From: a virus
Length of the DNA: 45,122 nucleotides
Virus record (IMG/VR): IMGVR_UViG_3300036846_001448
Coordinates: 1 to 45,122 of that record
Reading direction: 5' to 3' (one strand)
The notes beneath the pieces are model-generated. The model saw only the letters and a list, made by a program, of their open reading frames with translations. It was not told the origin of the DNA and made no database searches. This document shows positions 32,595-40,225 of this stretch, piece by piece (positions within the stretch are counted from its first letter, which is position 1; each line of letters starts with the position of its first letter). A program made the position numbers and the translations under genes.

Positions 32595-32818
32595 GCCGGC
32601 TGTCGGGTGGAGAGTGGTTCTCAGCAGACGAATTGAAGCGCGAATTGCTGTTGCAAGCGGTAGCACCTGCGGGTGTGACGAGGGCTTAGGGCAGGATTCC
32701 CCGGGTAGTGATACCCGATCCGGCGGATACGCGGTGGCCGAAAGGCTGGGACGGTCTGACGGGAGCTCGGGCGGCTCTACGCATAGCGCTTCAGATCCGA
32801 AGGCTAATTGATGAAGCT

Positions 32819-33169
32819 ATGGCGCCCCTAAGCCACATCCTTGTCCCGCCACGCCCCCTTTCCAGGCTTTTGCTTTTGTTGTTGCTTCTAAGCACGTTCC
32901 CAGCTCTGGCCGGCAATGATGAAGCGGTTTCCCGCGCCGAGCTCGAATCTCGCGCTCATATCGCCGAGCGGCAATTATTAGAGCTGCAGAATCAGATTCG
33001 CGGCAACCAGGAAGCCGCGGAGCGCAATCAGCAGGCCATCCACGATGTACACGCCGAAGTGGCGCATTTGAAGGGGACGCTAGCCGCCTGGGGCGCCATG
33101 ATCGGCATCCTGTCCGGATCCGGTCTGGTCGTAACCCTGATCAAACGACGGTTCCCCAACCATCACTAA
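32819..33169 (+). CDS. Membrane protein with an N-terminal signal-like segment, a coiled coil and a C-terminal TM anchor (XhlA-like architecture)
   Basis: Start set to ATG 32819, which shares the TGAAGCTATGGCG start context. RLLLLLLLLSTFPALA|GNDE. Coiled coil ERQLLELQNQIRGNQEAAERNQQAIHDVHAEVAHLKG. TM segment AAWGAMIGILSGSGLVVTLI, then KRRF. Confidence 0.6.
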   Translation: MAPLSHILVPPRPLSRLLLLLLLLSTFPALAGNDEAVSRAELESRAHIAERQLLELQNQIRGNQEAAERNQQAIHDVHAEVAHLKGTLAAWGAMIGILSGSGLVVTLIKRRFPNHH

Positions 33170-33178
33170 AAGGAGAGC

Positions 33179-33937
33179 ATGATGCTGTTACTTGATCGCA
33201 ATCTGCAACGCAACACTGATCTCTGGATCCCGCGCACTGATACCAGCGTCAACCCCGTGCCCGCGGATTACTACGCCGCCACCTCGGGCGGAGATGACGG
33301 CACCATGGTCGTCACCTGCGGCTATAACGGCCCCAAGCAGTATCCCGGCGGCCTGTGTTCCAATAAGCGGCCCTTCCTCACAGTCAATGGCCAAATGCTG
33401 CAAAACGTGGCCATGCATCTCGAATTTATGTGGCCGGCCTGGGCCTATGAGCTGATTTCGCACCACGAGACCGATCTCAAGGTGTGCTTCCGCACCAGGC
33501 CCAACTCGACCACCTACATCCGCAATGTGGCCAACTTTTCAGTGCAATGGAATCGCAACAAGGGCGAATTTCAATTGGATCACGATCCCCCCGCCTGGGT
33601 AGGAAGCGGATTCATGGTTCCCGACATCGCGCCCGACGTCTGGCACAGTCTTGATTTTCGCTACTGGTACGATCCTCAGCCGGCCAATCCAGTGTTTAGC
33701 GTGCTCAGTATCAACCTCGATGGCGACAAATACATGGTGCCACCCGAGCATCAGAACATCCCGGCCCAGTCGACCAACTGGGAACAAATCGCCAACCCCC
33801 AGCAGCAGAACGAAATCTTTGCCAAAGGCTCGAGCGTCATCCAGTACAACCGCTGGACGATCGGGTGGAGCGATCAGCCCATCGGCGACCTGTCTTTCGA
33901 TCAGTTAGACGGGGAAGGATTAGATATTTCCCTCTAA
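33179..33937 (+). CDS. Hypothetical 252-aa Trp-rich beta protein of unknown function
   Basis: SD AAAGGAGAG (ATG 33179 or 33182). No lysozyme, amidase or transglycosylase motif recognised. WHSLDFRYWYDP...FSVLSINLDGDKY is suggestive of a jelly-roll/lectin-like fold only. Confidence 0.55.
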   Translation: MMLLLDRNLQRNTDLWIPRTDTSVNPVPADYYAATSGGDDGTMVVTCGYNGPKQYPGGLCSNKRPFLTVNGQMLQNVAMHLEFMWPAWAYELISHHETDLKVCFRTRPNSTTYIRNVANFSVQWNRNKGEFQLDHDPPAWVGSGFMVPDIAPDVWHSLDFRYWYDPQPANPVFSVLSINLDGDKYMVPPEHQNIPAQSTNWEQIANPQQQNEIFAKGSSVIQYNRWTIGWSDQPIGDLSFDQLDGEGLDISL

Positions 33938-33949
33938 AGAGGCCTGGCT

Positions 33950-34273
33950 ATGCTATTGTGGCCCTCAGAAGCACCCCCTCAACCACATATTCATTGCCCA
34001 TTTCTCCCCGATGGATATGTGCGTATGGTGATCACCGCCGGCCGAGTCTACGTGGCGCTCAATGAATCCGGGCGCCGTATCGGCGAGACTCACCATAACG
34101 CCAGCATTCCCGATCTCATCGTAGAGCAGATCCGCGATCGCCATGAATACGACGGGATCACCTATCGGGCCCTGGTCGCGGAATTCTCGCTTTCGCTCAA
34201 CACCATCAGCAAAATTTTGACCTATCAGCGCCGCGCGCAAACGCCGGTGCGCTGGAAAGCGGCTCGCCTATGA
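33950..34273 (+). CDS. HTH DNA-binding protein upstream of terS
   Basis: 107 aa. GETHHNASIPDLIVEQIRDRHEYDGITYRALVAEFSLSLNTISKILTYQRR fits a ge.H..a.l....V..IR.......s...lA..f.vs...I..I pattern. ATGA overlap with terS. Confidence 0.55.
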   Translation: MLLWPSEAPPQPHIHCPFLPDGYVRMVITAGRVYVALNESGRRIGETHHNASIPDLIVEQIRDRHEYDGITYRALVAEFSLSLNTISKILTYQRRAQTPVRWKAARL

Positions 34274-34704
34274 CTAAGTCCACAGGCGTTGGCCGCGGCT
34301 TCGGCGGAGGCCGGCCATTAGAGTACAAGGCGGAATTTAACACCCTCGCCACGAACTATTGCCTGCTCGGTGCCAAAGATACGCAACTAGCTCATTTCTT
34401 TGGAGTTAGCACTGAAGCAGTCAGTGTCTGGAAGCGCCAATACCCAAAGTTTCTACAAGCAATTAAGTCGGGTCGTGAAGGTGCTGATGCCGCGGTTGCT
34501 AAAGCGCTTTATCGTAAAGCTTTAAATGGCGACACCGCGGCCTGTATTTTCTGGCTAAAGAACAGACATCCGGAAGAATGGCGCGACACCAGGGATCTTC
34601 GCCATTCGGGAATGGTCACCCTGGCGGCTTTGATCTCAGGTGAAGAAGAAGAATCTGAACCAAAGCCCATCCAACAAATCGAAGCTTCGCGCGACGAAGA
34701 ATGA
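34270..34704 (+). CDS. terS: Terminase small subunit
   Basis: 144 aa. GGRPLEYKAEFNTLATNYCLLGAKDTQLAHFFGVSTEAVSVWKRQYPKFLQAIKSGREGADAAVAKALYRKALNGDTAACIFWLKNRHPEEWRD is the classic terS/gp3-type HTH pattern. Overlaps terL. Confidence 0.85.
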   Translation: MTKSTGVGRGFGGGRPLEYKAEFNTLATNYCLLGAKDTQLAHFFGVSTEAVSVWKRQYPKFLQAIKSGREGADAAVAKALYRKALNGDTAACIFWLKNRHPEEWRDTRDLRHSGMVTLAALISGEEEESEPKPIQQIEASRDEE

Positions 34705-36203
34705 CCACAGCCAAGCAACAACGGGCTACGGAACGCATTCGCCGCTGGCGTCACGATCCGTTGGCATTTGTTCGCGAGCTGTTCCACGCTGAGCCGGATG
34801 CCTGGCAGGCGGATGTGCTCCAGCTGATGGCCAAGCCAGGGCGCAAACATATTGCCATGAAGAGCTGCGCCGGCCCGGGCAAAACCGCGGTGCTGGCCTG
34901 GGCAGGATGGCATCGGCTGGTCTGCTTCTGCACCCTCAAAGAGCATCCCAAAGGCTCTGCAGTATCAATTACAAGCGACAATTTGCGCGACAACTTATGG
35001 TCGGAGCTGGCCCGCTGGCAGAATGAAAGCCGATTTCTGCTGCAGACGTTTCAGTGGAACAAAGAAAGAGTCACGGCCATCGATCATCCCGAAACGTTCT
35101 TCCTGGCGGCTAAAGGATGGAACAAAACCGCGGATCTCGAGACCATCGGAAGAACGCTCAGCGGCATGCACTCGCGCTTCCCGTTCTACCTCATCGATGA
35201 ATCCGGCGACATCCCGCCCAACATGCTGCGCTCCGCCGAACAAGGGCTGACTAGCTGTGAAGATGGGTTGATTATCACCGCCGGCAACACCACCTCGCAG
35301 GTTGGAATGTTGTACGAGGTTTGCACCAACCAGAGAGATCACTGGGATGTGGTGTCGATCACCGGCGATCCGGATGATCCTAAGCGAAGCCCGCGGGTGG
35401 GTCTTGAATGGGCTAAACAGCAGATCGCGCTTTACGGAAGAGAAAACCCCTGGGTCATGGCCTATGTGCTGGGCCAGTTTCCACCCGGCAGCATTAACGC
35501 TTTGCTTTCAGTCGATGAAGTGGAAGCGGCCATCAACCGCAATGCCCCCATTGAGAGCTTCGACTGGAGCGAAAAACGGCTGGGTGTTGATGTGGCGCGC
35601 TTCGGGGACGATCGCACCGTGATCTTTCCGCGGCAGGGCATTTGCGCCTTTCTGCCTATTGTGATGAGGCATCAAAGAGGGTCTTCGGTTTCGGTCGACA
35701 TCGCCAATCGGGTGATGAACAAGAAGATCGAGTGGAACGCCAATTCGGCGCCCAATGCCCTGAATTCAGGACCGCTGATCACTCAGGAATTCTTTGATGA
35801 CACGGTTGGATGGTCACATGGAGCGGTTGATGTGTTGCGCGCCAGCGGACATTCGCCGATTGCGGTGCAATTCGACAAACCGTCGTCAAATCCTCGGTAC
35901 GTGAACCTGAGAGCGGAAATGTGGATGAAGATGGCCGAGTGGGTAAAGGAGCACGGCTGCCTGCCGCAGCTGCCAGAGATCATCTCGGAGCTGACGGCGC
36001 CCACCTACTTCTTCTCCAATGGCAAGTTCCAGATCGAGGCTAAAGACCAGATTAAGAAGAGGATAGGCAAATCGCCCGATCTGGCAGATGCTTTGGCGCT
36101 TACGTTCGCGATCCCTGATATGCCGGCTGGAATGCGGCTTCCAGGGATCAACCGGACCAGGCAGCGCCAGGAATACGACCCCTACGCGAAGATCCTTTCG
36201 TAA
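34701..36203 (+). CDS. terL: Terminase large subunit
   Basis: 500 aa. Walker A-like MKSCAGPGKTAVLA. Walker B FPFYLIDESGDI. C-terminal nuclease-like LGVDVARFGDDRTVIF...SPDLADALALTF. Confidence 0.9.
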   Translation: MTTAKQQRATERIRRWRHDPLAFVRELFHAEPDAWQADVLQLMAKPGRKHIAMKSCAGPGKTAVLAWAGWHRLVCFCTLKEHPKGSAVSITSDNLRDNLWSELARWQNESRFLLQTFQWNKERVTAIDHPETFFLAAKGWNKTADLETIGRTLSGMHSRFPFYLIDESGDIPPNMLRSAEQGLTSCEDGLIITAGNTTSQVGMLYEVCTNQRDHWDVVSITGDPDDPKRSPRVGLEWAKQQIALYGRENPWVMAYVLGQFPPGSINALLSVDEVEAAINRNAPIESFDWSEKRLGVDVARFGDDRTVIFPRQGICAFLPIVMRHQRGSSVSVDIANRVMNKKIEWNANSAPNALNSGPLITQEFFDDTVGWSHGAVDVLRASGHSPIAVQFDKPSSNPRYVNLRAEMWMKMAEWVKEHGCLPQLPEIISELTAPTYFFSNGKFQIEAKDQIKKRIGKSPDLADALALTFAIPDMPAGMRLPGINRTRQRQEYDPYAKILS

Positions 36204-36360
36204 GCGCGCTACTGGAGGCTGACAAAGGGGTGGTTGGGAGGGTAATGGTTACCTGCTCCGAGCGCCTGCGGCCGGCGCCTGGCTGGCCTCGAGGGCCGAC
36301 CACCCCTCAAAGGGGACCCTAGCCGGCGGGGGAGGGCCCCAATGGCGTCGGGCGCCGGGC

Positions 36361-36395
36361 CTAGTTCCTGGCGAGCACGTCCATGAAATTTTCAG
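36361..36395 (+). repeat. Bipartite repeat unit 1 (CTAGTTCC-N17-AAATTTTCAG) in the non-coding locus
   Basis: CTAGTTCC at 36361-36368 and AAATTTTCAG at 36386-36395. Same architecture as 36568-36602. Confidence 0.8.
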
Positions 36396-36567
36396 ACTTT
36401 TCTAGGGAAAATTTTATAAGCTGAAGTTCGCAGCGGCGGCGTGGTATGGACACGCAATAGTCGACACGGAGACTAGAAACCCGTGATAGCCCAGTAGGCG
36501 GCGCAGGCTCCGGAACGCGCTATTTCCGTACCTGAAAAGTCTAGCCGGATGACGGCCCGGCCCGCTG

Positions 36568-36602
36568 CTAGTTCCCGCCGGGGACGCCAACCAAATTTTC
36601 AG
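36568..36602 (+). repeat. Bipartite repeat unit 2 (CTAGTTCC-N17-AAATTTTCAG)
   Basis: CTAGTTCC at 36568-36575 and AAATTTTCAG at 36593-36602, 207 bp from unit 1. Both units are followed by TAGGGAA. Confidence 0.8.
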
Positions 36603-36668
36603 CTTAATATGGCGGTAGGGAACCACTTCGCTTGCGGAGTGGCCGGTGAACATTGAGTTCGCCACCAG

Positions 36669-36694
36669 GCCGGCAGTGGTTGCACACTGCCGGC
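36669..36694 (+). terminator. Perfect 10-bp GC-rich hairpin (GCCGGCAGTG-gttgca-CACTGCCGGC) followed by TTTCC. Possible weak terminator or regulatory hairpin.
   Basis: Read directly. The U-tract is only 3 nt. Confidence 0.35.
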
Positions 36695-36743
36695 TTTCCT
36701 CAGAATTTTATGAGAGACTGACGATTCCACTGAGGCTTCTGTA

Positions 36744-36947
36744 GTGCTCTACTTCAACACTTCCAACGGACAACATATCGTCATTCTCGAACCAGAGAAC
36801 CTTGAAGCACTGAAGACCGGGCAGTTTGCTGTTTCCTCTAACAAGGCAGTCATGATCGCGTACACATCATTACTGAAAGGGAAGGGTCTGGTGATGTGGG
36901 GCGGTTTCTGGACTCGCTGTCACGGCGCTGCGTGGTGCCCAACGTGA
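36744..36947 (+). CDS. Hypothetical small protein (67 aa)
   Basis: GTG start with TGAGG 8 nt upstream. LYFNTSNGQHIVILEPENLEALKTGQFAVSSNKAVMIAYT is protein-like. The C-terminal third is odd (Trp/Cys/Gly-rich). Confidence 0.4.
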   Translation: MLYFNTSNGQHIVILEPENLEALKTGQFAVSSNKAVMIAYTSLLKGKGLVMWGGFWTRCHGAAWCPT

Positions 36948-37045
36948 CCTCGCCGCGGCTGGCGGGGATGCTGATGCGGAGGGGATTCGCGCCGCGCCAT
37001 AATGATTTGGTGGATGTTTGGGAGAGATGATCCAGCCAGGAATTT

Positions 37046-37264
37046 TTACCGTGAAGGCGCCGCGGCAGAGGTCAACTGTCCGGCGACGCGCTTGTCGAGG
37101 TCATGCACTGTTTCGATCAAACGATCGATCTTGGCTCCCTGGATGGCGATTCCATCGCGCAATGGATCAATTTTGGCGTTGATATACAGGATGATGATGG
37201 TGGTTTGTCCAGCCATCAGCGCCAAAGTGGTGCTGATGAGAGTAAGTAGTTGGAAGTTTGTCAC
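37046..37264 (-). CDS. Small membrane protein with an N-terminal TM and a coiled coil (72 aa), last gene of the recombinase operon
   Basis: GTG start with SD AAGGAGA. TNFQLLTLISTTLALMAGQTTIIILYI, then IDPLRDGIAIQGAKIDRLIETVHDLDKRV. Confidence 0.6.
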   Translation of the reverse strand: MTNFQLLTLISTTLALMAGQTTIIILYINAKIDPLRDGIAIQGAKIDRLIETVHDLDKRVAGQLTSAAAPSR

Positions 37265-37282
37265 TGATTTCTCCTTACAAAG

Positions 37283-37960
37283 TTAGCGGGCGTCGAGGAT
37301 ATTCTTGACGCCCTGGTGAGAGATCTGAAACCCCTGCGCCTGCATGGCTGCGGCGATGGCGCGTAAACTCTCGCCCTGCTCGCGAATGCGCTTCACTACC
37401 TCAATCGCTTTCTGCTGCTCCGGATCCTTCTCGAGCGCGCCCTCGGCGGTGCGCACGAAGCCGAAGGGGACAGTGCCGCCCAGGAAGCGGTGGCGCTTTT
37501 TCTGGTCGGCTTTGACTTCCTGAATGCGCTCCCGGGTACGATCGCGTTCCGCCTCGGCCACCGCGCTCAGGATGGTGAAGACCAACTTCGAGATGCCATT
37601 GCCGGTGACGTCGCCGCCCAGGTCGATCATGTGCAGGGAAACGCCGGCGGCTTTGAGATCGGCGAGGACGGCCAGGGCGTCGAGGGCGCTGCGAAACATG
37701 CGATCCAGTTTTGGGGTGATGACTACGTCGCCGGGCTGGAGACGGGCGAGCAGCTTCTGGCCCTGGGGGCGATCGCGGAGGGGGACCGAGCCGGAGACCC
37801 CTTTTTCGATGAACATCTGATCCAGGGTGAGCCCCTGCATCATGGCGTAGCCTTCGATCTTGCGCTGTTGTGTCTCCAGGCTCTCGCCCTGTTCCAGGCG
37901 CGGGTCTTTGACTTCGGTCTGCTTTTTGGTGGAGACGCGGGTGTAGCCGTAGACTGCCAT
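37283..37960 (-). CDS. Small serine recombinase (resolvase/invertase family) with a C-terminal HTH
   Basis: 225 aa. MAVYGYTRVSTKKQ contains the catalytic Ser. Also VVITPKLDRMFRS, LSAVAEAERDRTRERI and a C-terminal helix-turn-helix SLRAIAAAMQAQGFQISHQGVKNIL. Confidence 0.85.
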   Translation of the reverse strand: MAVYGYTRVSTKKQTEVKDPRLEQGESLETQQRKIEGYAMMQGLTLDQMFIEKGVSGSVPLRDRPQGQKLLARLQPGDVVITPKLDRMFRSALDALAVLADLKAAGVSLHMIDLGGDVTGNGISKLVFTILSAVAEAERDRTRERIQEVKADQKKRHRFLGGTVPFGFVRTAEGALEKDPEQQKAIEVVKRIREQGESLRAIAAAMQAQGFQISHQGVKNILDAR

Positions 37961-38206
37961 TTACTCCCCCTGGTGCGCAGACAACCGCTGCGCATTTAAG
38001 CGAATCACCATTCCTACGTGCTCCACCGTGACCGGATGGAAGTCACCATCAGAGATGGCATTGGGATCGAAGAACACCCACCCTTTGGGTAGGTAGTCTT
38101 CGACTGTGCGCGTGCTCCACTGCTCGATTGCGTGGGCGTTAATATCGGCGATGAACCGCCGTGCCGCAGCCCGCGATGCCTTGACGGTCAATTGGTCTCG
38201 TTTCAT
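37961..38206 (-). CDS. Hypothetical protein (81 aa) immediately upstream of the recombinase
   Basis: ATGA overlap with the upstream gene and abuts the recombinase start. No confident family call. Confidence 0.5.
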   Translation of the reverse strand: MKRDQLTVKASRAAARRFIADINAHAIEQWSTRTVEDYLPKGWVFFDPNAISDGDFHPVTVEHVGMVIRLNAQRLSAHQGE

Positions 38207-38379
38207 ACTTTTTCCTTGTCTTTTCTCTTTGAGATCAATTCTGCATACGCCAATTCGCTGGCTTCGTCCCGGCTCTTCCCGGCGGCCATATACTTCTTCA
38301 TCAGCTCAAAATGCTTGGCGAGCTGCGTCTGCGCTCGTCTCGCCCTGGTCTTGTAGTCGCGATTATTTCCTAAACCCAT
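38203..38379 (-). CDS. Hypothetical small helical basic protein (58 aa), first gene of the recombinase operon
   Basis: Start set to ATG 38379 (SD AGGAGAG). MGLGNNRDYKTRARRAQTQLAKHFELMKKYMAAGKSRDEASELAYAELISKRKDKEKV. Confidence 0.5.
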   Translation of the reverse strand: MGLGNNRDYKTRARRAQTQLAKHFELMKKYMAAGKSRDEASELAYAELISKRKDKEKV

Positions 38380-38413
38380 ATTCTCTCCTGTAAAAGGTGT
38401 AAACCTGTATATA

Positions 38414-38442
38414 ACAGTAAAGGAAGAAGTGGCGTGTGTCAA
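38414..38442 (-). promoter_or_regulatory. Sigma70-like promoter for the recombinase operon (TTGACA-N17-TACTGT on the minus strand)
   Basis: tgtcaa at 38437-38442 (= TTGACA) and acagta at 38414-38419 (= TACTGT), with a 17-bp spacer. About 30 nt upstream of the SD of the 38379 gene. Confidence 0.45.
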
Positions 38443-38465
38443 ACTGCACAAGGAGGCTTACAAGA

Positions 38466-38672
38466 ATGATCCTGAAGTTTCAGAGACCGTTGGCTAGCAG
38501 CAAGGCGGATCCTCCGGTTCTTGTCTGCGATAAGAGTCGTGTGTTTGCCAGGCTGGTTCCCTTCGCCGACTACCAGCACTTTTTTGAGTTCGTGGATAAG
38601 TTCTATGCCAAATGTCTGGTTCGGAATGGTGCGATTGTGATCAGGAAGGTAATCGAAGATCAAGGATGGTGA
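38466..38672 (+). CDS. Hypothetical small protein (68 aa)
   Basis: Start set to ATG 38466 (SD AAGGAGG 9 nt upstream). MILKFQRPLASSKADPPVLVCDKSRVFARLVPFADYQHFFEFVDKFYAKCLV... Confidence 0.5.
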   Translation: MILKFQRPLASSKADPPVLVCDKSRVFARLVPFADYQHFFEFVDKFYAKCLVRNGAIVIRKVIEDQGW

Positions 38673-38776
38673 AGCTCGAGGATATGCGGGCCGGAAATAT
38701 GGAAGCGGTAGCAGAGGCGATCGACAGGATGGTGGAGGAAGACCTATGAAGCTGTCCACCAGGAGAAGGCTATAAA

Positions 38777-38989
38777 ATGAGCGGAACCCTTCAGATGTGG
38801 ACCATCTACTACAACCCGCTCGATCACCCGGGGAAATTCGTGGTCCGCCGTTGGGTGGGCCTTGTGCCCTCGAACACCTACGTCCTGGCGCCCACGCTGG
38901 AGATGGCCAGAGCTCACATCCCGCCCGGTCTCTACTGCCTGGGACGCTACGCGGAGGACGAGGTTCAGATTGTGGAGACTTGGATCTGA
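38777..38989 (+). CDS. Hypothetical small protein (70 aa)
   Basis: MSGTLQMWTIYYNPLDHPGKFVVRRWVGLVPSNTYVLAPTLEMARAHIPPGLYCLGRYAEDEVQIVETWI. Well-formed globular composition. Confidence 0.6.
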   Translation: MSGTLQMWTIYYNPLDHPGKFVVRRWVGLVPSNTYVLAPTLEMARAHIPPGLYCLGRYAEDEVQIVETWI

Positions 38990-39000
38990 AACAGTTCACC

Positions 39001-39297
39001 ATGCCGGTCACTACCCCGCGCTGCGACTTTTGCAGTAAGCCCGAAGTCTGGGCCCGCTATCCCGCGCAATCGTTTATCTACCGTCATATCGACGACCTGG
39101 CCTTGATCTCCGGCGAAGACTGGCTGGCTTGCCAGGAGTGCGCCACCCTGGTGGGCGAAGAAAAGTGGGACGCCCTGCTTTTACGAGCCGTTCACTCCTT
39201 TCGGATGGACCATCCCGATATCCCTCCAGACTTCGTTTGGAGAGAGGTGGGGCGGCTGCAAAAGCAGTTTCGCGACCACCGGAGGCCAATCCAATGA
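39001..39297 (+). CDS. Hypothetical Cys-containing (CxxC...CxxC) protein (98 aa)
   Basis: Start set to ATG 39001. PRCDFCSKPEVWARYPA...DWLACQECATLV. The N-terminal part of the track ORF overlaps the previous gene and was rejected. Confidence 0.55.
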   Translation: MPVTTPRCDFCSKPEVWARYPAQSFIYRHIDDLALISGEDWLACQECATLVGEEKWDALLLRAVHSFRMDHPDIPPDFVWREVGRLQKQFRDHRRPIQ

Positions 39298-39337
39298 TCA
39301 AGCCCGACTGCTTCAGTGAAGCCAGTGAAGGAGAATA

Positions 39338-39574
39338 ATGACCCTCAAACGCGGGGACGCTGTGTGGGCCACCATTGAAGGGCAGCGCCACTTCGCCGGC
39401 GTGCTGCTGGCGTCCGACTACACCCTGGCACTGCATTTCTGTAACGGACCGGTGGCGATGGGTGGGGCAGATAACTATGGCGTGGTGGCTTTGTGGTGGG
39501 ACGAGCCCAGCCGGGTCTGGCGCGATCTCGAAACCAAAATGGAAGTCGGGATTGAGCCGGCGGAGTGGAAATGA
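39338..39574 (+). CDS. Hypothetical small protein (78 aa)
   Basis: SD GAAGGAGA directly upstream. Beta-rich (SH3/Tudor-like feel). Confidence 0.55.
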   Translation: MTLKRGDAVWATIEGQRHFAGVLLASDYTLALHFCNGPVAMGGADNYGVVALWWDEPSRVWRDLETKMEVGIEPAEWK

Positions 39575-39575
39575 A

Positions 39576-39773
39576 ATGACAGAGTTAGTCTGGGATACCT
39601 ACAAGTGTGAGTGTGGCGGAACCGCAGTCATGCCCCTGGTGAGCCTGGTCGCGCACTGCGACCAATGCCCGCGAGTATTCGCGGCGGTGAGTATTGGTGA
39701 TCGACGATGGTTCGCGAACATCGACGAAGCCAACGCCGCTTATGGTGCCGCCCAGAAGTTGAGGCAAATGTGA
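39576..39773 (+). CDS. Hypothetical zinc-ribbon protein (65 aa)
   Basis: Start set to ATG 39576. YKCECGGTAVMPLVSLVAHCDQCPRVF. Confidence 0.5.
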   Translation: MTELVWDTYKCECGGTAVMPLVSLVAHCDQCPRVFAAVSIGDRRWFANIDEANAAYGAAQKLRQM

Positions 39774-40222
39774 TGGCCTATGGAGCGACCGAGGTCCCGG
39801 TCTCGAAATCCCAGGAAGCCATTCGCAAACTGATCTACGCCCATAAGGGCACCGGGGTCATGCTGGTCAGCCAACCCCCGCGGGAAGGATTCGAGGCCAT
39901 GGTCACCATGGCGGACACCGCCTACCACATCCGCGTCATGGCCACCTGCAAAGAGGTGTCCCGAAAACAGAAGGGCAGCTGGCGCGACAAGTCGGCCCTT
40001 GTCTATCAAAGCCACGTGGAGCAGGAAGAGCGGCGCGTGTGGCGGGTCTTGTTCTGGCACCTGAAAGCGATGTTTGAGGCCGCCGACGCGGGGGTGATCG
40101 ACATTCGCGACATCATCATGCCCTACGTGGTGCTGCGCGATGGGCGAACCCTGGCGGACCACATCAAGCCCCGCATGGCGGATCTGGTGACCACCGATCC
40201 GGAGCGACTGCTGTCGGCGTAA
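39773..40222 (+). CDS. Conserved-looking hypothetical phage protein (149 aa)
   Basis: ATG 39773 overlaps the upstream stop (TGATG). ...EQEERRVWRVLFWHLKAMFEAADAGVIDIRDIIMPYVVLRDGRTLADHI. Confidence 0.55.
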   Translation: MAYGATEVPVSKSQEAIRKLIYAHKGTGVMLVSQPPREGFEAMVTMADTAYHIRVMATCKEVSRKQKGSWRDKSALVYQSHVEQEERRVWRVLFWHLKAMFEAADAGVIDIRDIIMPYVVLRDGRTLADHIKPRMADLVTTDPERLLSA

Positions 40223-40225
40223 CAA

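Noticed and set aside
36414-36665. 83-aa minus-strand ORF inside the non-coding locus, and the 94-aa ORF 37002-37286(+)
   Set aside because: The first has no SD and implausible composition, and it spans the repeat elements. The second is the antisense shadow of the SD-supported 72-aa membrane-protein gene (37046-37264).
36204-36743. A tRNA, tmRNA or CRISPR array in the large non-coding locus and in the 32553-32818 gap
   Set aside because: There is no GTTCRANYC T-loop box with a matching acceptor stem, and no regularly spaced identical repeats of CRISPR size. Only two bipartite repeats 207 bp apart are present. A tRNAscan/Infernal run would be the decisive check.
37283-37960. Calling the serine recombinase the phage integrase
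   Set aside because: At 225 aa it lacks the large C-terminal recombinase and zinc-ribbon domains of phage serine integrases. Together with ParA/RHH, a resolvase role is more parsimonious. This is kept as an open alternative in the findings.
38669-38749. 26-aa ORF (VKLEDMRAGNMEAVAEAIDRMVEEDL) in the 38673-38776 gap
   Set aside because: It is too short, and its only support is a GTGA overlap with the upstream stop. It is not reported as a feature.
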